From Erysipelotrichaceae bacterium (lineage in GTDB: Bacteria > Bacillota_I > Bacilli_A > Erysipelotrichales > Erysipelotrichaceae), in assembly GCA_963586925.1 (NCBI GenBank), contig CAVAAT010000016.1:30774-94773 (forward strand): a stretch of DNA of 64,000 nt, read 5' to 3'. The position numbers and the translations under genes were made by a program. The notes under the pieces were generated by a model. That model was not told where the DNA came from. It was given only the letters and a program-made list of their open reading frames with translations, and did not search any database. Below are positions 50,505 to 60,714 of the stretch, in pieces (position 1 is the first letter of the stretch; each line of letters begins with the position of its first letter).

Positions 50505-50770
50505 CTCTCCTTATACTAAAAAAACTCATTCCAACAGGAACGAGTGAGATCGCGGTACCATCCTGATTCAGACAATAGTCTGCACCTTAATTAATAACGG
50601 TTAACGCCCGTAAACGTCAATGTTTTCATTGCACTTTTTTGTGAGCTTCGATCATCTTATCTGACACATTTCCACCAACAGCATCTCTCTTTAAGAATCA
50701 AACGATCTACTAATACAAAAATAATCGCTTTAACGCAAAAAATTATAACACACTTTTTATTTAATATGTT
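50505..50770 (-). promoter_or_regulatory. T-box riboswitch leader of alaS
   Basis: Minus-strand T-box core aatcaGGATGGTACCGCG (50546-50563) followed by terminator hairpin and U-run about 50 nt upstream of the alaS start. Confidence 0.6.
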
Positions 50771-50778
50771 AAATATTC

Positions 50779-51201
50779 TTATTTTTTAACTTGCATCTCT
50801 TTTATTTTTTCTGCTAAAGCACGATGAGCTGCCTTAGGATCATCAATATCTTTTACAGTCTTTTCCATCGGACACATATCATCTCCAGTCCTATTGATGA
50901 TATACTCCACTAATTGACGATAATATACGGGTATATTGTTTTCTTCTAACACTTTTAAACCGGCAACACTGATCGTATCGGCATAAACCGCTTTTACTTC
51001 TAATAAAATGAACAAATATGCTGCCGCTTTACCAACGATCTTATCAGCTACATAATACCCTTTTTTATCTTCTTGTATGAACTGCATAAGTGGTCTTATT
51101 CCTTTTAGATCACTATAGAAATAAGTTTCTTCATTGCCAAAAACACAACTATGCTCTTGAGCTAATAATAAGTTTTTTAATTTCTCTAATATCTTTTCCA
51201 T
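50779..51201 (-). CDS. DUF1893-family protein
   Basis: 140 aa; no catalytic motifs recognised. Confidence 0.5.
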   Translation of the reverse strand: MEKILEKLKNLLLAQEHSCVFGNEETYFYSDLKGIRPLMQFIQEDKKGYYVADKIVGKAAAYLFILLEVKAVYADTISVAGLKVLEENNIPVYYRQLVEYIINRTGDDMCPMEKTVKDIDDPKAAHRALAEKIKEMQVKK

Positions 51202-51730
51202 AATCTTTCTCCTGTGTCAAGATGACATCCATCTTTATATCTTGTTCATTTGTTATGATCAAATCTTGTTTTTGTATCTCATAAGCTACTGCTACTTTTA
51301 ATGCCCTAGTGTTTTCTAAGAAACGATCGTAATAACCTTTACCTCTGCCTAACCTATTTAAATTTTCATCAAAACCAATAAGAGGGATGATGACAAGTTC
51401 AATATCTTGCTTGTCGATCGTTATACCATTAACCGGTTGTCTTATTCCATATTGATCAAGATCAAATTCTTTAGAACTTATAGCTATTAGATCATCACCA
51501 ACGATCCTAGGATAACAAATTTGAATGTCTTTCTCTTCAATATATTGACTAAACCAATTCATATCAACTTCTTTTTGAATAGGTTGATAAGACATGATGA
51601 TCTTAACATTTGTTTTCTCAACTAGATCTATCAATTTGTCACAAATGATCTTGGAATATTCTTCTCTATCACTCCGTGATAAATTAGCTAATCTACTTTT
51701 AATAGTCTTGCGTTGAATTAGTTTTTCCAT
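51149..51730 (-). CDS. 5-formyltetrahydrofolate cyclo-ligase
   Basis: 193 aa; MTHFS-family size and motifs (GYYDRFL). Confidence 0.7.
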   Translation of the reverse strand: MEKLIQRKTIKSRLANLSRSDREEYSKIICDKLIDLVEKTNVKIIMSYQPIQKEVDMNWFSQYIEEKDIQICYPRIVGDDLIAISSKEFDLDQYGIRQPVNGITIDKQDIELVIIPLIGFDENLNRLGRGKGYYDRFLENTRALKVAVAYEIQKQDLIITNEQDIKMDVILTQEKDYGKDIREIKKLIISSRA

Positions 51731-53894
51731 AACAATCTATCAATCTTTCTTTTAGTGTAGTCTTTCTACTATAGTGTTCAGTAGTACGGATGCCCCTATA
51801 AAATGCACTCTTATCACCAATAAAGATCAGTGACTTATATGCTCTTGTAACAGCAGTATAGATAAGTCTTTTCTGTAACATGATGCTATATTGGTTAGTC
51901 ATTGGTAAGATGACAATTGGATATTCACTGCCTTGAGCTTTATGCACACTCATACAATAAGCATGAGTGATATTAACAAAGTTTTCATTAGTATATTCAA
52001 CTATCCTACCATCAAAATCCACGATGATCCTATCTAAGTTATCAATATCTTCTTTAGCATAAATGATCTCAATGATGATACCGATATCGCCATTATAGAC
52101 ATCATCATCAGGTTGATTTTTTAGCTGTAATACTTTATCTTTTTCCCTAAAGATATGATAGCCAACATTTAGCTGTCTTTTATCTTTACTATTAGGATTG
52201 AACTCTTGTTGTAATTCTTGATTTAGTCTATCAATGCCATTAGGTCCATTATGCATCGGAGCTAATATCTGCACATTCATAAAACCTTCTTCTTGGCTCT
52301 CGTAACTGTTCAAGGCTCTATCAACTACTTGCATCAATACATCTTTTATCTGAGAAGAGTCACATTGAAAGAAACGGATATCCTTATCAGTAGGAATCTT
52401 TTCAACACAATTATTTTTGATATCATAAGCTAAAGTGATGATATCACTACCTTCTTTCTGGCGATAGATCTTATCTAATCTAATTGTTGAAAATAGATCA
52501 CAATCAATAAGATCTCTTAAGACTGATCCCATTGAAACAGAAGGTAATTGATCACTATCACCGATGATGACGATCTTCTTACAATAAGTGGCCGCTTTTA
52601 ATAAACTATAAAAAAGATATTGATCGACCATAGAAAACTCATCAATGATCAAGATATCTGTAGTCAATGGATTTCTTTCATCTTTAGCAAACTTGCCACT
52701 TTCCTTATCCCATAATAATATCGAATGGATAGTCTTTGCTTCATGATCCGTTAATTGCGATAATCTTTTGGCTGCCCTACCAGTAGGAGCAAGTAAAGAT
52801 AAAGTATAGTTTGGATAGATCTTCTCACATAAATGTAACATAGCAGCTACGATCGTTGTCTTACCAGTGCCGGGGCCACCTGTGATGATGAGCATATCAT
52901 TTTCAAAGAAAGCCATTATCGCTTGTAGTTGTTTTTCTTGATAAGTGATGTTCATTTCTTCTTGTAAGGAATTTATCTCATCGAATAAGACCTTACTGTC
53001 AGCTCTTGGCAATTTATCATTAGGAAAATCACAAAGATATCTACTGATAAATCTCTCACTATCATATTGACTGATCGGGTAGATACGATCTTTTTCGATC
53101 GCAACTCTGCCATTACTAGCTAAAAACTTCATCATTTCGGAAATATCAATATCATATTGAGATAACTTTTTACTAATGTAGTTACGATATTGTTCAAGAT
53201 CAACATAACTATCACCTGTTTTCATACACATATCCATTAGTAAAGACTCACCATATGCACATAAACGATAAAAGTTATCTTCCTTTACACCGATAGATAA
53301 AGCAAACTTATCAACTTTTCCAAATCCTAAACCCTCAATATCCCCGATCAACCTATAAGGATTATCATAAATGACTGTCATTAGATCAGATTTATATTTA
53401 TTTCTTAGTTTTATGGCATCAGCCATTGTTAAATGATGTCCCAATAAGAAAGTAAGATCATCATCACTTTCTTTCGCAATACCATCTAAGATGATCTTTT
53501 TTCTTTTCTCTGTCATCTGCGGTACAGTATCTAAGATATCACTATCGATCTTGATCTGCCTTACTGCTTCTGCTCCTAGTGTTTTAACGATCTTTCTAGC
53601 ATATGCTTTTCCAATACCTTTAAATAAAGCACTAGAAAAATATTTGACAAGACCACTTTCACTATCATCTTTTTCAATGGTAAAACTCTCTACTTTAAAT
53701 TGGTAACCGTATTTAGGATGATCAACATAATCACCAACTAATACATATACTTCATCACTTTTAACTTCACCTAAGATACCAGTAACAGTCGTAGCTCGAT
53801 CATTTTCGGACTTAAATGGCTTAAAAAGAGCCACAGCATAGCCATTCTGTTGATCATGAAAGAGTATCTTAAAAAAACGACCTCTTAATTCCAT
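51699..53894 (-). CDS. recD2: ATP-dependent RecD2-like DNA helicase
   Basis: 731 aa; SF1B motifs (ITGGPGTGKTT, DEFSMVD, C-terminal V..MSVHKAQGSE). Confidence 0.85.
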   Translation of the reverse strand: MELRGRFFKILFHDQQNGYAVALFKPFKSENDRATTVTGILGEVKSDEVYVLVGDYVDHPKYGYQFKVESFTIEKDDSESGLVKYFSSALFKGIGKAYARKIVKTLGAEAVRQIKIDSDILDTVPQMTEKRKKIILDGIAKESDDDLTFLLGHHLTMADAIKLRNKYKSDLMTVIYDNPYRLIGDIEGLGFGKVDKFALSIGVKEDNFYRLCAYGESLLMDMCMKTGDSYVDLEQYRNYISKKLSQYDIDISEMMKFLASNGRVAIEKDRIYPISQYDSERFISRYLCDFPNDKLPRADSKVLFDEINSLQEEMNITYQEKQLQAIMAFFENDMLIITGGPGTGKTTIVAAMLHLCEKIYPNYTLSLLAPTGRAAKRLSQLTDHEAKTIHSILLWDKESGKFAKDERNPLTTDILIIDEFSMVDQYLFYSLLKAATYCKKIVIIGDSDQLPSVSMGSVLRDLIDCDLFSTIRLDKIYRQKEGSDIITLAYDIKNNCVEKIPTDKDIRFFQCDSSQIKDVLMQVVDRALNSYESQEEGFMNVQILAPMHNGPNGIDRLNQELQQEFNPNSKDKRQLNVGYHIFREKDKVLQLKNQPDDDVYNGDIGIIIEIIYAKEDIDNLDRIIVDFDGRIVEYTNENFVNITHAYCMSVHKAQGSEYPIVILPMTNQYSIMLQKRLIYTAVTRAYKSLIFIGDKSAFYRGIRTTEHYSRKTTLKERLIDCYGKTNSTQDY

Positions 53895-55042
53895 TATTTA
53901 TCTCCATGAATATGTTCGATCAGCATTTGATTATGCCATTTGTTATTGATGTATGTCTTCTCTATGACAGCTCCACCTAAACAGATATCACCATCATAGA
54001 AAACAGCTTGTTGACCTGGTGTAACAGCTTTGATCTTTTGTGGATAAGAAACAAGTAATTCTTCTTCATTTAAATAAGATAGTGTTATCGGATTATCTTT
54101 TTGACGATATCTAAACTTACAATTACCTTCTTTTGGCATTTCAAAATCAGCTAGTTTGTTAAAAGTACTAACTGTACAGCTATCAGAATATAACCAATCT
54201 TCCTCATTTTGACAAGTTACATATAATTCATTAGTTTCCACATCTTTTCCCACGACAAACCATCTACCGTGATCGCCACCAATGCCTAAACCTTTTCTTT
54301 GACCGATCGTGTAATACAAAACACCCATATGCTTTCCTACTACTTGTTTAGTAGCAATATCAATGATATTTCCTTCTTTGGAAGGAAGATAGTTCTGTAA
54401 GAATTGTCTAAAGTTTCTTTCTCCGATAAAACAGATACCGGTAGAATCTTTCTTCTCAGCAACTGGTAAATCTTGTTCTAAAGCGATCTTTCTAACAAGA
54501 GGCTTTTCAATATCTCCCAAAGGGAATAAAGTTCTTTCTAAAACATTTCTATTTATCTGAGCTAAAAAGTAAGATTGATCTTTATTAGTATCTTTACCCT
54601 TTAGTAAGCAATATTTACCATCTATCTTTTCTACTCGGGCATAATGGCCAGTAGCTACTTTATCAAATCCTTTGTCTAATGCGAACTTAAAAAAAGCATC
54701 AAATTTGATATATTTATTGCACAAGATATCAGGATTAGGTGTTCTACCTTTTTTATGTTCACTGATGAAATTAGTAAAAACATCATCCCAATACTCTTTG
54801 ACAAAGTCTACTCTTAATAATTCAATGCCCAACTTATCTGCAACTTTTTGAGCATCCTTATAATCTTTTTCTTGAGGACAAACATCATCCTTGATCGTTG
54901 GATTACCTAAAATATCATTATTAGTCGCCGCATCCCAGTTACGCATAAAAGCTCCGACAACCTCGTAGCCCTGTTGCTTTAAAAGATAGGCTGCAACAGC
55001 ACTATCCACTCCTCCTGATAGTCCGACTAATACTTTCTCCAT
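53894..55042 (-). CDS. mnmA: tRNA-specific 2-thiouridylase MnmA
   Basis: VGLSGGVDSAVAA PP-loop, catalytic Cys context. Confidence 0.9.
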   Translation of the reverse strand: MEKVLVGLSGGVDSAVAAYLLKQQGYEVVGAFMRNWDAATNNDILGNPTIKDDVCPQEKDYKDAQKVADKLGIELLRVDFVKEYWDDVFTNFISEHKKGRTPNPDILCNKYIKFDAFFKFALDKGFDKVATGHYARVEKIDGKYCLLKGKDTNKDQSYFLAQINRNVLERTLFPLGDIEKPLVRKIALEQDLPVAEKKDSTGICFIGERNFRQFLQNYLPSKEGNIIDIATKQVVGKHMGVLYYTIGQRKGLGIGGDHGRWFVVGKDVETNELYVTCQNEEDWLYSDSCTVSTFNKLADFEMPKEGNCKFRYRQKDNPITLSYLNEEELLVSYPQKIKAVTPGQQAVFYDGDICLGGAVIEKTYINNKWHNQMLIEHIHGDK

Positions 55043-55064
55043 TTTAAGATTACTTCCTTCCTTA

Positions 55065-55496
55065 CTACTTTTCTTCTCTTAACTTGCCACAAATAGAATA
55101 ATTTGGGCAACTATCTTTGGCACATTCAAACTTCAACTTGGGAGCTTGTTGTTCAAAGATTTCAATTTCTTCTTCATCATAACCAACAAGAATACTCTTT
55201 TCATTGATTATGATCGGTCTTTTAAGAACTGACGGGTTCTTTCTAACAAAAGCTATGAGTTCATTTAAAGACATACTATCTATATCGATATTGTTCTCTT
55301 TGATGACCTTACTTCTTTTAGAAATAAGATCTTCCGTTCCATTTTCTGAACGAGTCAATAAAAAACGGATCTCTTTTTCATTTAATAAGGTGGTAAAGAT
55401 ATTTCTCTCTGTATATTTAATATTGCGGTCTTTCAACCATTGTTTTGCTTTACGACAGCTTGCACAACCGGCAGATGTATATAATAAGATCATCAT
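55065..55496 (-). CDS. spx: ArsC-family redox-sensing regulator Spx
   Basis: MMILLYTSAGCASCRKAKQWL (CxxC) aligns with B. subtilis Spx N-terminus; start moved from the 55544 track start to the Met pair after a GAGAGGTG RBS. Confidence 0.75.
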   Translation of the reverse strand: MMILLYTSAGCASCRKAKQWLKDRNIKYTERNIFTTLLNEKEIRFLLTRSENGTEDLISKRSKVIKENNIDIDSMSLNELIAFVRKNPSVLKRPIIINEKSILVGYDEEEIEIFEQQAPKLKFECAKDSCPNYSICGKLREEK

Positions 55497-55569
55497 GATC
55501 ACCTCTCTCACTAACATTATAAAAAAAAGCAATATCGCTGACAAGTTGAAAATTTACAACTAACTATTG

Positions 55570-55800
55570 AAATTAATGATGAAAATGGTAAAATGAGTCT
55601 AGCAATGAGCTTGTCAAGAGTCAAACTCCTCCGGTACAAAGCGAATCAGTTACGGTGAAAGTCTGATCCGAGTGTTTGATAAATTGGGACAAGGGAGCTA
55701 TATGGTCTGTTTACCTTACAACAATCGAGAGACTTCCACAAGGAAGTAATTTGGGTGGCACCGCCCTATTGGGTCCCAAAAAGGTGTTTTTTTTATATCT
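55570..55800 (+). promoter_or_regulatory. T-box riboswitch leader of trpS
   Basis: T-box core AATTTGGGTGGCACCGCC (55748-55765) then terminator hairpin and T8 run immediately upstream of the trpS RBS. Confidence 0.65.
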
Positions 55801-55815
55801 ATAGGAGGATTTATT

Positions 55816-56802
55816 ATGAAAAGAATGCTAAGTGGCATCAAGCCAACCGGTCAACTTCATTTAGGCAATTATATCGGTGCCTTAAGAAATTTCGTTAATT
55901 ACCAAGATGATTATGAATTATTTGTCTTTATCGCTAATCTTCACTGTGTCACATTCTACCAAGAACCAGCACAATTAAGAAAGAACTTAAAAGATGCTAT
56001 CGCATTATATTTAGCTTGTGGACTAGATCCAGAAAAGTGTACGATCTTTTTACAGTCTGATGTCTTGGCACATGCTCAACTTGGCTGGTTATTGACTTGT
56101 CAAAGTTACATGGGTGAACTATCAAGAATGACCCAATTTAAAGAAAAGAGTGCTAAACAAACAGATGGTATCACTGCTGGCTTATTTACATATCCATCAT
56201 TAATGTCAGCAGATATCTTACTATATGATGCTGATTATGTACCTGTAGGTGATGATCAAAAACAACATGTTGAATTAGCAAGAAACTTAGCTAGTCGTTT
56301 CAACAACAAATATAGTGAAACTTTTGTCTTACCTGAACCATTGACTCAAAAAGTTGGTGCTAGGATCATGTCACTATCTGATCCAACTAAGAAGATGAGT
56401 AAATCAGATGAAACAAATAAAGGTTGTATCTACTTACTAGATGACTTAAATGTTGCTCGTAAAAAAGTTATGTCAGCTGTTACTGATATGGTTGGTAAAG
56501 TCAACTATGATAAAGTAAATCAACCTGGTATCTCTAATTTACTAGAGATCTTATCTTCACTAACTGGAGAACCGATTGAAGATATCGTAGCTCGTTATGA
56601 TGGTATTGGTTATGGCGTATTTAAGAAAGAAGTAGCTGATGCAGTATGTGATACCCTTTCTAAGATACAAGACAAATACAACGAAGTCTTAAAATCTGGC
56701 ATCATGGAAGAAGTCTTAAAACAAGGAGCTGAAAAAGCAAGTAAGATCGCCTTTAAAAAACTAAGAAAAGTTCAAAAGAAAATGGGTATCGACATATTCT
56801 AA
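55816..56802 (+). CDS. trpS: Tryptophan--tRNA ligase
   Basis: 328 aa; class I HIGH (TGQLHLGNY) and KMSKS motifs. Confidence 0.95.
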   Translation: MKRMLSGIKPTGQLHLGNYIGALRNFVNYQDDYELFVFIANLHCVTFYQEPAQLRKNLKDAIALYLACGLDPEKCTIFLQSDVLAHAQLGWLLTCQSYMGELSRMTQFKEKSAKQTDGITAGLFTYPSLMSADILLYDADYVPVGDDQKQHVELARNLASRFNNKYSETFVLPEPLTQKVGARIMSLSDPTKKMSKSDETNKGCIYLLDDLNVARKKVMSAVTDMVGKVNYDKVNQPGISNLLEILSSLTGEPIEDIVARYDGIGYGVFKKEVADAVCDTLSKIQDKYNEVLKSGIMEEVLKQGAEKASKIAFKKLRKVQKKMGIDIF

Positions 56803-57869
56803 TGTCTTAATGCCGATAATATCGTAACTTTGCTAGCTTGCAATGCTGGATAAATACCACTGATAACACCTAATAAAGTTACAATAAATATGACAGATAA
56901 GTTATCTTTTAAACTTATCTCTATCTCAAGATCAAATGATACTCTTAATAAAATAATAACGATAGCTAAAGCTGTATAAGCTACAAGTATAGATATGATC
57001 ATCACAGTTAATGTTTCTAACAAGAATTGTCTATAGATATCTTTATCAGTAGCTCCTACAGCTTTTTTTATGCCGATCTCTTGTCTTCTATTTTGAATAT
57101 TAGCTAATGAATTATTGATGATGCCAATAAAAGATACGATAAGTGAAACAAAGGATAAAGCTAACAAAATATCTTTTGTTACTTTTAAGATCGTATCAAA
57201 TGCGTCTTCGCTCTGTTTTTGTGATAACAGCAGATAAGAATCTTCATTAAGATATCTTTCAACAACTTCTTCATTAATCTCTTTTTCACTCTGAAAAAAA
57301 TATAGTCTATTTTGCTTTCCAAAACGATGATCTATTGGAAAGAATGCCGAATCATCACAATCAAAGAACAGATTAGAACATCCTTCTTCGATCACACCTA
57401 TCACTTTAAATAAAGCACCATTGATCGATATATACTCTCCTATATTAGGATGATCAAGATCTTCATATATCTTATAACCTAATACAACGACATTATCATT
57501 GTATTCAACTTGATACTGTTTAAAAAAACTACCTTTAACAAACGAAAGATCAAATAGACTAGCTAAAGAACTATCACAAGATACTAATCGATATTGTTGA
57601 TAGACTGAATAATAATAACGACTTATTTTTTTAACTTTATTTTCTTCAAATAAAAGATCAATACTTTCTTGTCTGATACTATCATCGACAATTTGGATGT
57701 TTTCTATGGAAACAGCAAGCTTGTCTAATTGTTGTTGAAATTGTCTGATCAAAAAGTTAGAAAAAGTATTAACACACAATAGTAAAAATATCGCTACAGT
57801 ATTAGCTAAAATAGTCAAAATGAGAGATCTTCTCTGATAATATAACTGTCTAAATAAGAACATGACCAT
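56799..57869 (-). CDS. ABC transporter permease, FtsX/MacB-like
   Basis: 356 aa; N-terminal TM, large extracytoplasmic domain, C-terminal 3 TM FtsX-like. Confidence 0.75.
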   Translation of the reverse strand: MVMFLFRQLYYQRRSLILTILANTVAIFLLLCVNTFSNFLIRQFQQQLDKLAVSIENIQIVDDSIRQESIDLLFEENKVKKISRYYYSVYQQYRLVSCDSSLASLFDLSFVKGSFFKQYQVEYNDNVVVLGYKIYEDLDHPNIGEYISINGALFKVIGVIEEGCSNLFFDCDDSAFFPIDHRFGKQNRLYFFQSEKEINEEVVERYLNEDSYLLLSQKQSEDAFDTILKVTKDILLALSFVSLIVSFIGIINNSLANIQNRRQEIGIKKAVGATDKDIYRQFLLETLTVMIISILVAYTALAIVIILLRVSFDLEIEISLKDNLSVIFIVTLLGVISGIYPALQASKVTILSALRH

Positions 57870-58506
57870 TTTCCATCCTAACTATCTTTTTACAACGTTT
57901 CGCTACCTTTTCATCGTGAGTAACGATTATCACAGTCAGACCATCTTGATGCAATTTATCAAAGATATCCATGATAAGTTCACTATTAACTTTATCTAAA
58001 GCTCCAGTTGGTTCATCAGCTAATATCAACTTCTTTTGTGATAATAAAGTTCTTGCTAATGCTACTCTTTGTTTTTCTCCTCCAGATAATTGCCAAGGAT
58101 ACTTACTTAGTAATTCTGATATTTTTAAACGATCACAGATATTCTTTAACTTATCATGATTGATCTTTTTATTAATGTAATAACTACCTAATAAGATATT
58201 CTCTCTTACTGGATAATAATTAAGCAATTGATAATCTTGAAAAACAAAACCGATCTTCTTATTAAATTCATCATATCTTTCTTTGGTTAATTCCCCAACA
58301 TTCTTATCATTATAAATATATTGACCTTCATCTAATCTCTCATAGCCTGCTAACACATTTAATAAAGTACTTTTGCCACTACCAGAATGACCAACGATAC
58401 CAACATAATCTTTGTCTTCAAAAGTGATATTAACTTTATTAAGTGCCACTACTCTTTTACCACAAGAAAGATCATAGTACTTACTACCATCAATTATTTG
58501 AAGCAT
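57850..58506 (-). CDS. ABC transporter ATP-binding protein (MacB/LolD-type)
   Basis: GHSGSGKSTLLN Walker A, LSGGEKQRVALARTL signature. Confidence 0.85.
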   Translation of the reverse strand: MLQIIDGSKYYDLSCGKRVVALNKVNITFEDKDYVGIVGHSGSGKSTLLNVLAGYERLDEGQYIYNDKNVGELTKERYDEFNKKIGFVFQDYQLLNYYPVRENILLGSYYINKKINHDKLKNICDRLKISELLSKYPWQLSGGEKQRVALARTLLSQKKLILADEPTGALDKVNSELIMDIFDKLHQDGLTVIIVTHDEKVAKRCKKIVRMENGHVLI

Positions 58507-59311
58507 TTTCTATCACCTGCCTTAAAGTATCATCAACGATACAAACAGTTAAATTTTCCAAGCCAACTGCTTCAATAAGAGAATTACTACCATCATCATA
58601 AACTACTTTGATCCTTATCTTATGAGCATCAGCATTACTGATGTCATTAACATAATCTTGATCTAAAAGATAATCACCTTGATCATCTTGAAGTATCGCC
58701 TTACTATCTACTATAAGTCCATATTCTGATTCGATAGTAAACTTAACAATCACATTTTGAGATAGTAAAAGATCATTAGTCTCTGGTTTAAACTTGACAA
58801 CAAATAACAACTGACCATCTTTCTCAATAGCTTTATCACTTTTACTGATAAAACTTGCTAAAAAGTAATTATCCCCACTAAGATAAACCAAAGTAGTATT
58901 TTCATCTAGTTGTTGATAAATCTCTTGTTTTACTTCTAATTGCAGATAATGATTTGAATCAATGATCTTTACATAATTAGATGAAAACTCAATTAAATGA
59001 CCATCGTACTCAGATTTTAGTTTTTGTACTTTATCATAAACATCATAGTATTCTAAAATAATAGAATCTTTACTTATCTTATCGTTAAGTGAGTAATTGA
59101 TACTTTTAATGTTGCCATTAAAAAATTGATAATGTTCATTAGAGTTAACAGTAGCTACCATGCTATATTGCTTATCTAACTTGCCATAATTTACTTGGCA
59201 ATAAGAAACTTTGCCCTTTAATAAACTATCTGAAAAAATCAAAGTTAAAATGATCGTAACTATCAAAAAAGCAATGATAGATATTAAGATCTTTCTTTTC
59301 ATATAAAACAC
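58490..59311 (-). CDS. Membrane-anchored protein, possible periplasmic-adaptor-like (YknX/HlyD-like) partner of the ABC exporter
   Basis: 273 aa; single N-terminal TM; operon position upstream of ATPase+FtsX permease; no strong motifs. Confidence 0.4.
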   Translation of the reverse strand: MFYMKRKILISIIAFLIVTIILTLIFSDSLLKGKVSYCQVNYGKLDKQYSMVATVNSNEHYQFFNGNIKSINYSLNDKISKDSIILEYYDVYDKVQKLKSEYDGHLIEFSSNYVKIIDSNHYLQLEVKQEIYQQLDENTTLVYLSGDNYFLASFISKSDKAIEKDGQLLFVVKFKPETNDLLLSQNVIVKFTIESEYGLIVDSKAILQDDQGDYLLDQDYVNDISNADAHKIRIKVVYDDGSNSLIEAVGLENLTVCIVDDTLRQVIENASNN

Positions 59312-59354
59312 CTCAATATATCATTGTCGTAAAAATTGAAAATTCCTAAATTAT

Positions 59355-59600
59355 TTATTGTTTGTGATGATCTTTATATTTAATAACTAAACCTACAGAT
59401 TTCTTAGATGTACATAAATGATAGATCACATACCCAGTAATGAAAGTAGCAACCATTGTTGCCATTTCTATCCAATATAATATCTTCTTGTTCTTTTTGG
59501 CAAACAAATCATTCCAAAAATAGTAAAAGCGATCATAGATCACCATAAGCGATAAATAAAATATCAACTTAAATACACCTAACCCAACAACAAGAAACAA
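59355..59600 (-). CDS. Small membrane protein, hypothetical
   Basis: 81 aa, two predicted TM helices. Confidence 0.35.
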   Translation of the reverse strand: MFLVVGLGVFKLIFYLSLMVIYDRFYYFWNDLFAKKNKKILYWIEMATMVATFITGYVIYHLCTSKKSVGLVIKYKDHHKQ

Positions 59601-59619
59601 TCATTTTTTTTACAATCAC

Positions 59620-59644
59620 AAAAAAACTAGGACATAAATCCTAG
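59620..59644 (-). terminator. Rho-independent terminator of yitT-like gene
   Basis: ctagga-cataaa-tcctag hairpin overlapping stop codon, followed by 7-T run on minus strand. Confidence 0.4.
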
Positions 59645-60507
59645 TAATATGGTTTCTCATGGAAATTACCTATAACTCTTTGAGAATGAGTAATATTGAT
59701 AAATGCTTTTTCATCTAAAGATAAGATCTTTCTTATTAATCTATTTGTCTCATATTGACCACAAACTGTGTAAAGCACTTGTCTTTTTTCTTGGGTAAAG
59801 CCACCAACACCTTGCAAAATTGTAACAGTGTGATGAAAATCTTCATAGATTGCTTTACATACTTCATCCGTCTTATGAGTGATGATGATAAGACAAGACC
59901 TCTTATAACGATTATCATAATAATTAACTACTTGCGTACTAACAAATTGATAGATAATAGAATATAAGGCAGCATCCCAACCAAAGATGACTCCTGAAAT
60001 ACAGATCATCATACCATTGATCATCATTGCTTCGTTCCAAAATGACTTTTTAAACTTATTGGCACAATAAATTGAGATGAAGTCTAATCCTCCACCACAG
60101 CCATCAGCCATCAGCATTAGTGAGTTTGATATTCCATTTAAAATACCGCCAAATACACCTGCAAGTAACAGATCATCAGTTATATCAAAATAAGGTAATA
60201 TTTCAACAAATAAACTTGTAAGTACAACATCTATAAGTGAAATAAAAGTAAACCTCTTGCCAACTGCTGTGACTACCAATATTAAGGCAGGTATATTAAA
60301 TGCTATGTATAATATTGAATAGCTGGGAGTAGCAAAGTCATACTTAACTCCTAAACGAGTGATAAGCACTGCTAATCCTGAAAATCCACTTGGAATAGTA
60401 TTTCCTGAGTGAACAAATGAATTGATATTTATTGCCGCAATAAAAGCAGCTATGATTGCTAAAATGATGTCTCTGACCAAAATCTTATTGCCATTTTTTG
60501 TTTGCAT
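59641..60507 (-). CDS. YitT-family membrane protein (DUF161 + DUF2179)
   Basis: 288 aa; polytopic N-terminal half, C-terminal DUF2179 (ILQGVGGFTQEKRQVLYTVC). Confidence 0.8.
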   Translation of the reverse strand: MQTKNGNKILVRDIILAIIAAFIAAININSFVHSGNTIPSGFSGLAVLITRLGVKYDFATPSYSILYIAFNIPALILVVTAVGKRFTFISLIDVVLTSLFVEILPYFDITDDLLLAGVFGGILNGISNSLMLMADGCGGGLDFISIYCANKFKKSFWNEAMMINGMMICISGVIFGWDAALYSIIYQFVSTQVVNYYDNRYKRSCLIIITHKTDEVCKAIYEDFHHTVTILQGVGGFTQEKRQVLYTVCGQYETNRLIRKILSLDEKAFINITHSQRVIGNFHEKPYY

Positions 60508-60515
60508 ATAAACTA

Positions 60516-60668
60516 TTTTCTCTTTTCGTAATCGTAATAATGAACTTCCTTACGGACATTCTTTTCTATCTGTTTCAAATTCATAAAATATATGACTACC
60601 CCGGCCATAAATGCTAAGATAATGAATATAGCAATGATCGATAAGTAATCATTCATATTTTCTAACAT
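60516..60668 (-). CDS. Unannotated small membrane protein (~50 aa)
   Basis: Manual translation MLENMNDYLSIIAIFIILAFMAGVVIYFMNLKQIEKNVRKEVHYYDYEKRK after an AGGAGGTG RBS; below the ORF-track length cutoff. Confidence 0.3.
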
Positions 60669-60714
60669 CTGAAACACCTCCTATTAAAATTATAACACAT
60701 AAAAATTATATCTT

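Noticed and set aside
55204-55563. 119-aa plus-strand ORF antisense to spx
   Set aside because: Antisense to a well-supported Spx homolog. No RBS. Likely spurious.
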